64,000 nt of DNA from Terriglobia bacterium (GTDB lineage: Bacteria > Acidobacteriota > Terriglobia > Versatilivoradales > Versatilivoraceae), in assembly GCA_041476565.1 (NCBI GenBank), contig JBGOTQ010000001.1:6280-70279 (forward strand). Direction: 5' to 3'. Of this stretch, positions 40,823 to 50,474 are shown in pieces. Below the pieces are notes generated by a model. It did not search any database. It saw only the letters and a program-made list of their open reading frames with translations, and was not told the DNA's origin. The translations under genes and the position numbers were made by a program. Within the stretch, counting starts at the first letter, position 1, and the number at the start of each line of letters is the position of its first letter.

Positions 40823-42418
40823 GTGGATTTGAAGAAGCCTCGGGAATCAAACCCCTCTCATGGTGAACCATGGCAGCCCGTCCTGCTCAGCATGCCCCTG
40901 CTACCGCTGGATGGCTTGGTACCTTCGATACTCTTGCATGTATTGTTTCTGCTTCTTCTGACCCACCTGCCCTCTACCCGGAGGTTCCGTCCCAATGGAA
41001 TCGATTTGGATATAGAGAGGGTTACCTATTACCGAGTTTCCCCATCATTTCCAGATGTTTCACCGCCTGCCAATGAAGTAAAGCCCCCAAGTACCTCCCC
41101 CCAATCTGCTCGGCCAGATGTTGCCAGGAATAGAGACCGGGATGTTCAGATTCATTCAGAGAGTCCGAACCCCGTTCAACAAGTTCTTGACCAACCGGAA
41201 GTCAAACAAGTGGCCTCCTTGCCTAAGCTGGAACTGCCGAACATCCTTTTCCAGCCCCCCAAAAGCAACCGGGGCATTGAGGCCCCCCTACCCCTCTTCG
41301 AAATCTCGGAAGACCTTCGACAGGAAAAAGCGAACCTGCCCAGAGTCGAGTTGCCGAACCAACTTCTGGACCAACCCAAGACCGCGCGGGGAATCGAGCC
41401 TGCGGTAGCTCTGCCTGAACTGTCACCTGAATTGCAGCACGACCTCAGAAGAGATACGTCCGTTCCTACCACTCTGGCGGCTAAACCGAAGATCGCTGCG
41501 CCGCCCCCGTTGCCCCAGTCTGCCCTTCAATGGGGGGACCTGGATAGCCGAACCGAGGTCACGGATTTGTCGGCCCAGCCCAAAACCCCGCTTTTAGCCT
41601 ATTCCCAGGATCCGGTCTTGCCCAAGGGTGAACTGGCCATTCCCAAAGCCAGAACCAGCGGGAGTCTTATTGCCGCTTCCTCAGCAACGGCAGCGAACCC
41701 TCCAGCCGGGTCCCTTGATTTCGGGGCTGCGGACATTACCATCCCCAACGTCTCCATCAGAACCCAGGCCCCTCTGCCGGCGGGGGCTGCCAAAGGGATG
41801 GTTATTCAGGCTCCGGGTACTCCACCGCCGCTTGAAGAGAAAGCCATGGAACCCGAGAAAAAGGCCCCCCAGGCCTTGCAGGACTATCTTGTCTCCATGG
41901 CTCATCCCCTCAAGCTGCCGAACTCCAAACCTGTGGCTCCTTATTCACTGCCGGACTCTCCCTTAGTGGAAGCGGAGCGGAAGGGGCTGGAGATTTACAC
42001 AGCGGCCATTAATGCCCCCAATTTCACGAGTAAACGGGGTAGCTGGATTTTCCGCTTTGCGGAAATCCCGGAGACGAAGCTTATTCCCCTGTCGGTCGAA
42101 AGCACGCCACCGCCCCGGCATACGCAATTAACAGCTCCTTCGGCCACAGTAAAGGTTGACCCTCGTTATCCGCCCGAAGTCATCCGCGACCATGTTGAAG
42201 GGGTGGTCATCCTCTATGCCGTGATCCGGCGAGACGGGAGGGTCGATCCCCTGAGTGTTCGCATTCTGCAAAAACTAGATCCTCGCCTGGATGTGAGCGC
42301 CCGAGATGCCTTGTTGGGTTGGAAGTTCAAGCCTTCAACCAAGGAGGGGGATCCTGTCGACATTCAAGCCGAGGTTTCCATCCCCTTCTATTTGCATCGT
42401 GACATCTTTTCGCATTAG
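40823..42418 (+). CDS. TonB-family energy-transducer-like protein with repeat/proline-rich spacer
   Basis: An N-terminal anchor helix (VPSILLHVLFLLLL) is followed by a Pro-rich region with ~23-aa tandem repeats (LPKLELPNILFQPPKSNRGIEAP / LPRVELPNQLLDQPKTARGIEPA). The C-terminus is a TonB C-terminal domain (VKVDPRYPPEVIRDHVEGVVILYAVIRRDGRV...). An alternative start is the ATG at 40892. Confidence 0.7.
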   Translation: MDLKKPRESNPSHGEPWQPVLLSMPLLPLDGLVPSILLHVLFLLLLTHLPSTRRFRPNGIDLDIERVTYYRVSPSFPDVSPPANEVKPPSTSPQSARPDVARNRDRDVQIHSESPNPVQQVLDQPEVKQVASLPKLELPNILFQPPKSNRGIEAPLPLFEISEDLRQEKANLPRVELPNQLLDQPKTARGIEPAVALPELSPELQHDLRRDTSVPTTLAAKPKIAAPPPLPQSALQWGDLDSRTEVTDLSAQPKTPLLAYSQDPVLPKGELAIPKARTSGSLIAASSATAANPPAGSLDFGAADITIPNVSIRTQAPLPAGAAKGMVIQAPGTPPPLEEKAMEPEKKAPQALQDYLVSMAHPLKLPNSKPVAPYSLPDSPLVEAERKGLEIYTAAINAPNFTSKRGSWIFRFAEIPETKLIPLSVESTPPPRHTQLTAPSATVKVDPRYPPEVIRDHVEGVVILYAVIRRDGRVDPLSVRILQKLDPRLDVSARDALLGWKFKPSTKEGDPVDIQAEVSIPFYLHRDIFSH

Positions 42419-42519
42419 CCACAAGCATTACTCTTGCCTTGGCTTGACGGCCCCGTCTCGATGTTCTAATCTAAGGCAATTGGTTCCGGGGAACCTTCAA
42501 AGAGAACTCGACACTGTCT

Positions 42520-43764
42520 ATGGCCTCTATTGAACGCCGCAACACAGTAACTGTGCAAATGGGTCGAATCCGGGTCGGCTCTGGGCAGCCGATTGTTGTC
42601 CAATCAATGACCAACACGGAAACCGCCGACGCATCGAGCACGGCCGCCCAAGTAGTCGCGCTGGCAAGGGCCGGCTCAGAATTGGTCCGCATCACAGTGA
42701 ATACCCGCGAGGCAGCTCAAGCCGTACCGGAGATCGTCGAGCGAGTCCGGGGCGAAGGAGTAGAAGTGCCAGTCGTTGGGGACTTCCACTATAATGGCCA
42801 CTTGCTTCTGAGTGAATACCGGGAATGTGCCCGGGCATTGGCCAAATACCGAATCAACCCGGGGAACGTCGGGGTGGGCAAAAGACACGATGAAAATTTC
42901 AAGAGGATGATCGAAGTGGCCTTGGAACATGAGAAGCCGGTTCGAATTGGAGTCAACTGGGGATCTCTTGACCAGGCGTTGCTTTCCCGGCTCATGGAGG
43001 CCAATGCCCGTCGTATCAATCCGCTCAGTGCACGGGAAGTCATGATCGAGGCCATAGTCGTCAGTGCCCTCGAATCGGGCGAGTTGGCTGAACGGTACGG
43101 TTTGTCTCACGACCGGATCATCTTGAGTGCGAAGGTATCGGCGGTACAGGACCTGATCGATGTCTATCGTTCCTTAGGCCGACAGTGTGACTATCCGCTC
43201 CATCTGGGGCTCACCGAAGCCGGAATGGGCTCGAAAGGCATTATCTCCAGTTCAGCGGCCTTGGCCGTCCTGCTTCAAGAAGGGATTGGGGATACAATTC
43301 GAGTCTCACTCACGCCGGCACCCAACGGTGACCGCACGGAAGAAGTTTTCGTTAGCCAGCAAATCCTCCAATCCCTTGGAATCCGCAGTTTCCAGCCGCA
43401 AGTGACTGCCTGCCCAGGATGTGGGCGAACCACCAGTGCCTTTTTCCAGGAGATGGCCAAGGAGATCGAAAGTCACCTGCGGGGCCGGATGCCATACTGG
43501 AAAGAGCACTATCGAGGCGTGGAAGAATTGAGTGTGGCCGTCATGGGGTGCGTCGTTAATGGACCGGGAGAGTCGAAGCATGCCCATATTGGCATCTCAC
43601 TGCCCGGGACTGGCGAAGAACCCAAGGCCCCGGTTTACGTCGATGGCCGGCTCTTGAGGACCCTTCGCGGGCCAACTCTGGTCACGGAGTTCATTTCCAT
43701 CCTTGAACATTACGTTCAGGCCCATTACGAGCCAGCTTCCGCCCCGGAGCCTACCGCCCGCTGA
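42520..43764 (+). CDS. ispG: 4-hydroxy-3-methylbut-2-en-1-yl diphosphate synthase
   Basis: [15 protein letters not shown] and the C-terminal [4Fe-4S] Cys motif ACPGCGRT are present. Confidence 0.9.
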   Translation: MASIERRNTVTVQMGRIRVGSGQPIVVQSMTNTETADASSTAAQVVALARAGSELVRITVNTREAAQAVPEIVERVRGEGVEVPVVGDFHYNGHLLLSEYRECARALAKYRINPGNVGVGKRHDENFKRMIEVALEHEKPVRIGVNWGSLDQALLSRLMEANARRINPLSAREVMIEAIVVSALESGELAERYGLSHDRIILSAKVSAVQDLIDVYRSLGRQCDYPLHLGLTEAGMGSKGIISSSAALAVLLQEGIGDTIRVSLTPAPNGDRTEEVFVSQQILQSLGIRSFQPQVTACPGCGRTTSAFFQEMAKEIESHLRGRMPYWKEHYRGVEELSVAVMGCVVNGPGESKHAHIGISLPGTGEEPKAPVYVDGRLLRTLRGPTLVTEFISILEHYVQAHYEPASAPEPTAR

Positions 43765-43801
43765 TTGCGCGAACTGGATCATTCTGAGAGGAGAAGCCAC
43801 G

Positions 43802-44572
43802 GTGCTCAGCTATTCCGAGAAGGGAAGCGGCCAGCCCTTGGTCCTGCTTCATGCCTTTCCCCTGAACCGTTATATGTGGGATCGGCAATTGGAAAGCTGG
43901 AGCAATCGCCACCGAGTCGTTGCTCCAGACTTCCGGGGCTTTGGCGAGTCGCCCTTGGGAGAGGATGAGTCCCGCATGGAGTCTTTTGCCGACGACGTCC
44001 GGGACTTGCTCGACACTCTGAAGGTGTCGGGAAGAATCATCCTGGTGGGCCTCTCCATGGGTGGTTACGTAGCATTTGAATTTTGCCGCAAGTATCCGGA
44101 ACGGCTTATGGCCATGGTCATGATTGCCACACAACCCGTTTCGGATTCTGAAGAATCCAGGAAGTCCCGTTATGAACTGGCGGAAATGGTCCGCACTCGA
44201 GGGACTGAGGTTTTGATTGAGCAGATGACTCCGCGGCTTTTGGGGAAGACCACACGGCTAAGCCGGCCGGATGTCGTCGAAACAGTCCGGCGGCTGATGA
44301 TTTCGAATTCCATCAGAGGAGTTTCAAAGGCCTGTTACGGCTTGGCTTCGCGCCGGGACTCCACCCCGATCCTGGGGGCGATTCCTGTCCCAGTCCTCAT
44401 TGTGGCTGGAGCTGAAGACCCAATCATACCCGCCTCCCAATTGGAAGCTATGAAGACGGGCATCCGGCAGTCTCAGTTGGTGCTCATACCCCAAAGTGGC
44501 CACCTGGTCAACCTGGAACAACCCCAGGAACTTGACCGCCTCGTGCAAGTATTCTTGGCGGGGTTGGGTTAA
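43802..44572 (+). CDS. alpha/beta-fold hydrolase
   Basis: LVLLHAFPLN...GLSMGGYVA is a nucleophile elbow (GxSxG). The start is taken at the GTG at 43802, seven nt after GAGGAGAAG. Confidence 0.75.
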   Translation: MLSYSEKGSGQPLVLLHAFPLNRYMWDRQLESWSNRHRVVAPDFRGFGESPLGEDESRMESFADDVRDLLDTLKVSGRIILVGLSMGGYVAFEFCRKYPERLMAMVMIATQPVSDSEESRKSRYELAEMVRTRGTEVLIEQMTPRLLGKTTRLSRPDVVETVRRLMISNSIRGVSKACYGLASRRDSTPILGAIPVPVLIVAGAEDPIIPASQLEAMKTGIRQSQLVLIPQSGHLVNLEQPQELDRLVQVFLAGLG

Positions 44573-44615
44573 GGAGGGCGAATTGCAGGGCTACCCGGCA
44601 CAAATCGGAGACACC

Positions 44616-44918
44616 ATGAGCTTCTCCTTGCAGGAGCTAAGAAAGTTCGCCATTCAGGAGCAAGTTGAGATCACCTTTCGCGATAAGGCCACGGGCCATT
44701 CCTGGAGGATTTCCCGCGATGGAATTGTGAAATTTGGAGTCTCGAAGCCCTGGGGAGAGAGGGTGGACCATACGGCGGAGTCCACTCTTGCCCTGGCAAA
44801 TGAGTTTTCCCTGGAGGGACCTGAGAAGGCACGCCTCCTAACTAGGACCCAAATGACCCAGCTTTTGGCGGACTCCCTGACAAGAACGGCGACATCCCGC
44901 AGCGAAGATGAGAGCTGA
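44616..44918 (+). CDS. hypothetical protein (~100 aa)
   Basis: An intact ORF starting at the ATG at 44616 (MSFSLQELRKF). No motif was recognised. Confidence 0.4.
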   Translation: MSFSLQELRKFAIQEQVEITFRDKATGHSWRISRDGIVKFGVSKPWGERVDHTAESTLALANEFSLEGPEKARLLTRTQMTQLLADSLTRTATSRSEDES

Positions 44919-44924
44919 GGTCGG

Positions 44925-45791
44925 ATGGAGAACACCGCCAATAGGCGCGTTCTGATAATCGGGCGTTGCCAGGCCGCCAGGCTCGGAGGCCGATGCGGCT
45001 TGGTGGTGCTCCTGTTGGCGGGCCCTCCTCCATTCCGTGCCGCTGCTCTCCACGATCCGCAAGATGTTTTCCCTCCGGGAGAAAAGCTAGTCTACCAAGT
45101 GCGATGGGATCCCCCCGCCTGGGCATTCTTCCTACCGCCCGTCACGGCAGGAGAGTTGACATTTCAGGTCCGACCCTTGAGCACCATCGATGGTCGGCAA
45201 GTACGACGAATCACGGTAGACGCCATCTCGTCAGGTTTTTTTCTTAAGATAGCCGGCATCTCCGTAAAGGATCATTTTGAATCGCTCATCGACCCGAAGG
45301 AATTCTGTTCCGTCAAGATGACTAAGGTCCTTCGAGAAGGCAAGCGGCAGCGGGATGTGTTTCTTACCTTCGACAGGGAGACTGGAATTGGACGATATCT
45401 GGCCTTCGACGTGAGCAAGTATCCGCGAGTTGCATTAAAGGACCAGCAGCTACAGGGCCTGCCTCACTGTGTCCAAGACGTCATTTCCGCCATCTATCTC
45501 ACAAGGCTTTACGACCTGAAGGTGGGTGTCGAGTCTCCCTTGACTATCAGTGACGACGGCGTGGTCAAGGAAGTGAAGCTACGCATCGTAAAACGGGAGA
45601 CCGTCGAAGCCGAAGCCGGCAAATACACGGCCCTGAGAGTCGAGGCCTTTTCGGTATTTGGCGGGTTGTTCCGACAAGGAGGTACCCTGATCGTTTGGGT
45701 CAGCGACGACGCCAAAAAAGTCCCAGTCCGGTTTGAAGCCAGCTTGAAATTCGGAAAGGTGTATGGATCGGTCAAGCGGTGGGGTGAGTGA
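44925..45791 (+). CDS. DUF3108-like protein
   Basis: It shows a DUF3108-type pattern (YQVRWDPPAWAFFLPPVTAGELTF ... VPVRFEASLKFGKVYGSV). Its stop codon overlaps the 3' end of the convergent tRNA-His by about 12 nt. Confidence 0.55.
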   Translation: MENTANRRVLIIGRCQAARLGGRCGLVVLLLAGPPPFRAAALHDPQDVFPPGEKLVYQVRWDPPAWAFFLPPVTAGELTFQVRPLSTIDGRQVRRITVDAISSGFFLKIAGISVKDHFESLIDPKEFCSVKMTKVLREGKRQRDVFLTFDRETGIGRYLAFDVSKYPRVALKDQQLQGLPHCVQDVISAIYLTRLYDLKVGVESPLTISDDGVVKEVKLRIVKRETVEAEAGKYTALRVEAFSVFGGLFRQGGTLIVWVSDDAKKVPVRFEASLKFGKVYGSVKRWGE

Positions 45792-45856
45792 TGGGGATCG
45801 AACCCACGGCCACTGGAGCCACAATCCAGCGCTCTACCAGCTGAGCTACACTCACC
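45780..45856 (-). tRNA. tRNA-His (anticodon GTG) with encoded G-1 and CCA
   Basis: The reverse complement is GGTGAGTGTAGCTCAGCTGGTAGAGCGCTGGATTGTGGCTCCAGTGGCCGTGGGTTCGATCCCCATCACTCACCCCA. It has a 7-bp acceptor stem, a D-arm GCTC/GAGC, an anticodon stem CTGGA/TCCAG with loop TTGTGGC, a T-arm GTGGG-TTCGATC-CCCAT, and a G-1:C73 pair typical of tRNA-His. Confidence 0.93.
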
Positions 45857-46097
45857 ATATCAACAAAGGGCCTTTGACGACGGGCCCGGCTTCAACTCGA
45901 TCCTCCCCAACAACCGACTCAGTCTAATACAATTGACGATGCGGTGCAAGAGTCAGGTGTGGCAAGAAGGCACGCGACAGGTTTGAGGGGGGATTAAGTT
46001 CAGAAGAGAGCCGGATTGAATTCTGTGTGGCAAAAATGCTAAATTGCCATGCTATTCTAATGCGTGTCTTGGAGAGGGCAGTTTGTGGAGTCCTGAT

Positions 46098-47120
46098 ATG
46101 AAAGCTCTAATCCTGGCAGGTGGAGAGGGCACAAGGCTGCGTCCGTTGACGATCAACACGCCCAAGCCCATTGTGCCTGTCGTGACAATTCCGTTACTGA
46201 GATACCAGATCGAACTCCTCAGGCAACACGGGATCCGGGAAGTTGTACTCTCTCTCTCTTATCAACCCCACCGAATCGAGCAGGTTTTGGGGGACGGGTC
46301 CAGCTTCGGGGTTCGTCTTCATTACTTGGTAGAGACTGTTCCTTTGGGAACGGCTGGCGCTTTCAAGAACGCTGAAACTCTGCTCGACACTGCCACGGTG
46401 GTCTTCAATGGCGACATCCTTTGTGAACTCAACCTCACCGAAGTCATCAGGCTGCATCAGGACCGGCAGGCGACAGCCACTCTGGTGCTCACCCGCGTGG
46501 AAAACCCATCGGCTTACGGGCTGGTCGAGACTGAGAAGGACGGGCGGATTACCCGCTTCCTGGAGAAGCCGGCTCTTCACGAGATCACCTGCGATACCAT
46601 TAATGCGGGAGCCTATGTCCTGGAACCTGAAGTGCTGCGATGGATTCCTGCTGCCCAAGCGTACTCTTTTGAAAAGGGCCTGTTCCCCGCACTCCTGAAG
46701 CACAGCCGGCCGATGAGCGCCTTCATATCAGACGGCTATTGGATAGACATCGGAACCCCACAGAAATACCTTCAGGTTCATCAGGACATTTTGCGCCAGC
46801 GTTTTTCACCCGCCTTAATGGTTCCGTCGTCCTTGCTAGAGATTGCCGAAGTCCTCTGTGCAAATTCTGTTGTCGACCCGACTTGCCGGATTGGGGAAGG
46901 CTGCCAAATCCTCTCGTCTTGCATTGGGAGCGATAGTGTAATCGGCAGGAAAGCAGTGATCGAAAACTCCGTTATCTGGCCCGGGGTGACCATCGGGGAG
47001 TCTGCCCGATTGAGTGGTTGTATTGTCGGTGGTCATTGTGAGATTGGTTCCAACACCGTCCTCTCACCAGGAGTCGTCTTGGGGGACCGCTGCAGGGTCA
47101 CGGATTACAGCCGGTTGTAG
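46098..47120 (+). CDS. NDP-sugar pyrophosphorylase (mannose-1-phosphate guanylyltransferase-like) with C-terminal hexapeptide-repeat domain
   Basis: MKALILAGGEGTRLRPLT is the nucleotidyltransferase G-loop. Left-handed beta-helix repeats occur at the C-terminus. Confidence 0.75.
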   Translation: MKALILAGGEGTRLRPLTINTPKPIVPVVTIPLLRYQIELLRQHGIREVVLSLSYQPHRIEQVLGDGSSFGVRLHYLVETVPLGTAGAFKNAETLLDTATVVFNGDILCELNLTEVIRLHQDRQATATLVLTRVENPSAYGLVETEKDGRITRFLEKPALHEITCDTINAGAYVLEPEVLRWIPAAQAYSFEKGLFPALLKHSRPMSAFISDGYWIDIGTPQKYLQVHQDILRQRFSPALMVPSSLLEIAEVLCANSVVDPTCRIGEGCQILSSCIGSDSVIGRKAVIENSVIWPGVTIGESARLSGCIVGGHCEIGSNTVLSPGVVLGDRCRVTDYSRL

Positions 47121-47197
47121 TCGGGTGAAACCTGTCGTGCCAAAGCATTGGGCTGAGTTGACTCACTGTCTGGCTGGCAAGGGTTTGCGCGACGATC

Positions 47198-48385
47198 TTA
47201 CAATCGGCTTCTCAGTATCTCCAGTAGTTCTTCGTCGAGCAGGATGATCGGGTTGGTCTTCATGCTTCCGGCGCGACACTTTGCTGCCACCATTCCCAAG
47301 TCGGACTCTGCCACCCCAAATTCACCAAGCCTGGGCAATCCCAATTGCTGAGTCCGTTCCACGAGGCCTTGGACCAAGGCCTCCCAGGCCTCCGCAAATT
47401 CAAGATCGGGTTTTCGACTGAAGACCCTCCCCAACCGAGCGTACTTGACAAGCGCGGGACTCTGTGGGTTCCTCGCTTGCAGGGCTCGGATATTCATCGC
47501 AGTCGAAGCCGCCAGCAACGTTCCGCAAACCACCCCATGGGGAATAGGAAAGGAGGCACCCAGTGGTGAAGCCAGGCCATGAACCGCTCCTAATCCGGCT
47601 TGCGCCAGAGTGATACCTGAAATCAGGGCCCCATAGGCCATCCGGGCACTCGCCGCAGGGACTGTGTTTTCGGCCTCGAACAGCACCGGCAAGCTCTCCC
47701 AGACTCTTCCGATCGCGTCAAGGGCCAGGCTGTCAGTGAAGGGGTTGGCATTGAGAGAGGCAAACGATTCAATCAGCTGAGTCAACGCATCCATCCCGTC
47801 CGCAGCAATCAATGGGGGTGGGCAGGTGGAAAGCAAATCTGGGTCAACTACGGCATATTGAGGCACCAGCAATTCGTGGCGAAACGACTTCTTGAACCCA
47901 TTGGGTCCACGTTGGCTCAGCACAGCGTTCTTAGTGGCTTCGCTTCCAGTACCCGCCGTAGTTGGAACTGCCAGAAAAGGGACCGACGGTCCAAGGTAAG
48001 GCATCTCCGGCCCAACCCCTTCCAGGTGATCCATGACGGAGTTACCGGGAAGTAACAAACCAGCAATGGCCTTGGCCGCATCCAGGACGCTCCCACCCCC
48101 AATGCCGATCACAACCGAAATACCCGTGCCCTTCAGGGACCGTACCTGCTCGTCGACAAACTGAGGAGAGGGTTCTCCTCCCACTCTTATGTGTTCCCAG
48201 GAGAAGGCTTTCTTCTTCAGGTCATCCAGAAATGGCTGGCAGAACCGGGAATTCTCAAATGACGAAACCCCCGTCACCAAGAGCGCCCGTTTGCCAAAGG
48301 GTGCAGCAAAGTCGGGCAGCTGGCACATCGATCCCGCTCCGAACACAATCCGGGGAAGGCGGGAAATAGCAAAAGGGAGGATCAT
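47198..48385 (-). CDS. iron-containing alcohol dehydrogenase family protein
   Basis: VVIGIGGGSVLDAAKAIA is the Fe-ADH GGGS motif, and metal-binding His residues follow downstream. The start is taken at the ATG at 48385 (MILPFAISRL). Confidence 0.75.
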   Translation of the reverse strand: MILPFAISRLPRIVFGAGSMCQLPDFAAPFGKRALLVTGVSSFENSRFCQPFLDDLKKKAFSWEHIRVGGEPSPQFVDEQVRSLKGTGISVVIGIGGGSVLDAAKAIAGLLLPGNSVMDHLEGVGPEMPYLGPSVPFLAVPTTAGTGSEATKNAVLSQRGPNGFKKSFRHELLVPQYAVVDPDLLSTCPPPLIAADGMDALTQLIESFASLNANPFTDSLALDAIGRVWESLPVLFEAENTVPAASARMAYGALISGITLAQAGLGAVHGLASPLGASFPIPHGVVCGTLLAASTAMNIRALQARNPQSPALVKYARLGRVFSRKPDLEFAEAWEALVQGLVERTQQLGLPRLGEFGVAESDLGMVAAKCRAGSMKTNPIILLDEELLEILRSRL

Positions 48386-48690
48386 TTCTGGACAACCTCG
48401 GTGGGGAAGAGCCCCTTGTACACGATTCCCTGTCGGGGAGAGGCCATCCAATCTGCCACGCTGTCCCGCCATTGCAGATAGTGGGCAGTCTGCTTGTGTG
48501 CAGCCGCATCGCCAGCTGTGGCATAGGCCTCGTAGAGAATGAACATCGAAGGATCTCCGGGCGAGTGCAGGACGTCAAAGCGACAATTGCCGGGCTCCAG
48601 GAGCGAGGCTTCATGATTTGCCTTAGTGGCCGAAATGAAGTCGTCGATTCGGCCCGGCTTCACGTGGACATGAACCAAGGTGACATACAT
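48382..48690 (-). CDS. antibiotic-biosynthesis-monooxygenase (ABM) domain protein
   Basis: It is 102 aa with an ABM-like ferredoxin-fold pattern (MYVTLVHVHVKPGRIDDF...FDVLHSPGDPSMFILYEAYA). Its stop overlaps the start of the Fe-ADH gene (ATGA). Confidence 0.65.
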   Translation of the reverse strand: MYVTLVHVHVKPGRIDDFISATKANHEASLLEPGNCRFDVLHSPGDPSMFILYEAYATAGDAAAHKQTAHYLQWRDSVADWMASPRQGIVYKGLFPTEVVQK

Positions 48691-48907
48691 CGGGAATCTC
48701 CTCTTAGAAGATTATCTCAAAGGACTTTGGTGTCGAAAACACCGAGCGGACCGGGGCACTCAAGTTAGCAGGTTTGGCCGGCAGTTCAACGTACCCGAAC
48801 TCCTCGCTTCGGTCACGGTCGCAAACGATGCGTGAGGGCGGCCCCGTGCGTGGAGCACGGGTCGCAACGCCCACTTCGGGCAGTCCTCTCGGGGATTCTT
48901 CCATCAG

Positions 48908-50296
48908 CTATTCCGCTGGACTGACCTTGAACAACCTGGAAGCGTGGGGGCCCAGGCGCCAGCTCGGTTTGTTTCTGAATATTCCTAAATCCTGTTCCTG
49001 CCAAAGATCCCGGAGTCGGCAGATTTCCGGCATTCCCAATTCACTCCAGTTGAGCTCAAGGTTGGCTTCGTCATCGGCGAGGTTGAATACAGCCAGGTAC
49101 TTGGCTGATGTGCCCGGGACGTCAGCGGTCCAGGCAATTAGATCTCCTCTGGCAAACAGCTCTCGGTTCCGGGTACTGTTCTGGTTCACTGCCAGGACTT
49201 CCCGATTCGTCAGCAGGGTCAGCGTAAATTCACTATTGCTCGGCAGGTCGCCTCCAAACATTAACGGGGAACGGAGGATGGACCACAGAGTCAGAAGGGT
49301 TACCTGCTCATCCCGTGTCAAATTACTCTGGCGGTCTTCACCCTGTTCGGCACGAATTCCAATTCTTCCAAGGGGCAGCATATCCGCGTCCGGCCAGGAA
49401 TCAGGCCCTACCGAATCCGCCCACTTTCGGCACAGGCTGAACTGGGCCTTTAGATCAGGCCAACGATCCCAAAAGTCATTGGAAATTCTCCACAGCTGAG
49501 CATGGTCCCGAACATGTTCCTTGCGAGCTGTGTCAGTTGGACCCGGGGACAGGCTCAGGACCATGGGTCGTCGTACTCGCTTAATGGCGTTGGACAGGGC
49601 TTCAATCTCTGCGGCGTGATAGGGTTCAGTCATATCGTCCGCCTTGATGAAGTCTACTCCCCAGTCGGCGTAGAGCTGGACAATCGAGTCGTAGTAGGCC
49701 TGCCCGCTGCGGCTTGAAGTGTCGATCCCATACATGTCTGTATTCCACGAGCACAGGCTCTGAGTGTCAGCAATTTCGCGAGCGCTCGCGGATGTTCCCA
49801 GCACCGGGAGTTTCAGTTTAACCGCCAGACGGGGAATGCCCCGCATGATGTGGATTCCGAATTTCAGCCCTTTGCCGTGGACATAGTCGGCTAGAGGCTT
49901 GAAACCTTTTCCCTGAGCAGCAGAGGGGAAACGGTTTGGAGCTGGAAGCAACCGGCCATACTCATCCATCACAATGTCAGCATTTTCCCGGTAACCATGG
50001 GCTTTGGCATTCGGTTCATACCATTGGATGTCGACCACCACGTACTGCCACCCGAAGGAAGCCAAGTATCGGGCCATGTAGTCGGCATTGGCCTTGACCT
50101 CTTCCTCTCGAACGGAAGTGCCATAGCAATCCCAGCTATTCCAACCCATGGGCGGCGATGGCGCCAATCTCGCAGCAGGCAATGAATTCGTGGCTCTGGA
50201 CCCAGTTCGAGGATTCCTGTTGCTTCCTGAATTAACACCAACAAGAACCCCCAGGATTAACATTGAAAAACAACCTGCTAGGGTTGATCTCCTCAT
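48908..50296 (-). CDS. glycoside hydrolase family 27 alpha-galactosidase-like, secreted
   Basis: It has a signal peptide. PPMGWNSWDCYG is the GH27 hallmark, and catalytic Asp regions follow downstream. Confidence 0.8.
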   Translation of the reverse strand: MRRSTLAGCFSMLILGVLVGVNSGSNRNPRTGSRATNSLPAARLAPSPPMGWNSWDCYGTSVREEEVKANADYMARYLASFGWQYVVVDIQWYEPNAKAHGYRENADIVMDEYGRLLPAPNRFPSAAQGKGFKPLADYVHGKGLKFGIHIMRGIPRLAVKLKLPVLGTSASAREIADTQSLCSWNTDMYGIDTSSRSGQAYYDSIVQLYADWGVDFIKADDMTEPYHAAEIEALSNAIKRVRRPMVLSLSPGPTDTARKEHVRDHAQLWRISNDFWDRWPDLKAQFSLCRKWADSVGPDSWPDADMLPLGRIGIRAEQGEDRQSNLTRDEQVTLLTLWSILRSPLMFGGDLPSNSEFTLTLLTNREVLAVNQNSTRNRELFARGDLIAWTADVPGTSAKYLAVFNLADDEANLELNWSELGMPEICRLRDLWQEQDLGIFRNKPSWRLGPHASRLFKVSPAE

Positions 50297-50474
50297 CTAC
50301 TCAATATCTCCTGCGATTGGAACTCGTGGGTCAAATGTTAGTGCAGGGCACATTTCTGAGAGCCTTCAGGGTTCCTGAGCACTTACAGCTATTCTATCAT
50401 TGTTAGTAAATGGGGCCGAGTGAGGCTTTGCGCGGTGATGAAAGTCACAGCCAGACGTCTGGACTAAACCGACA

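Noticed and set aside
48691-48907. Hairpins (CCCGTGC-N6-GCACGGG and others) between the alpha-galactosidase and ABM genes, considered as an intrinsic terminator or sRNA
   Set aside because: No U-tract follows on the transcribed strand, and GC-rich imperfect palindromes are frequent in this sequence. It is not distinguishable from background.
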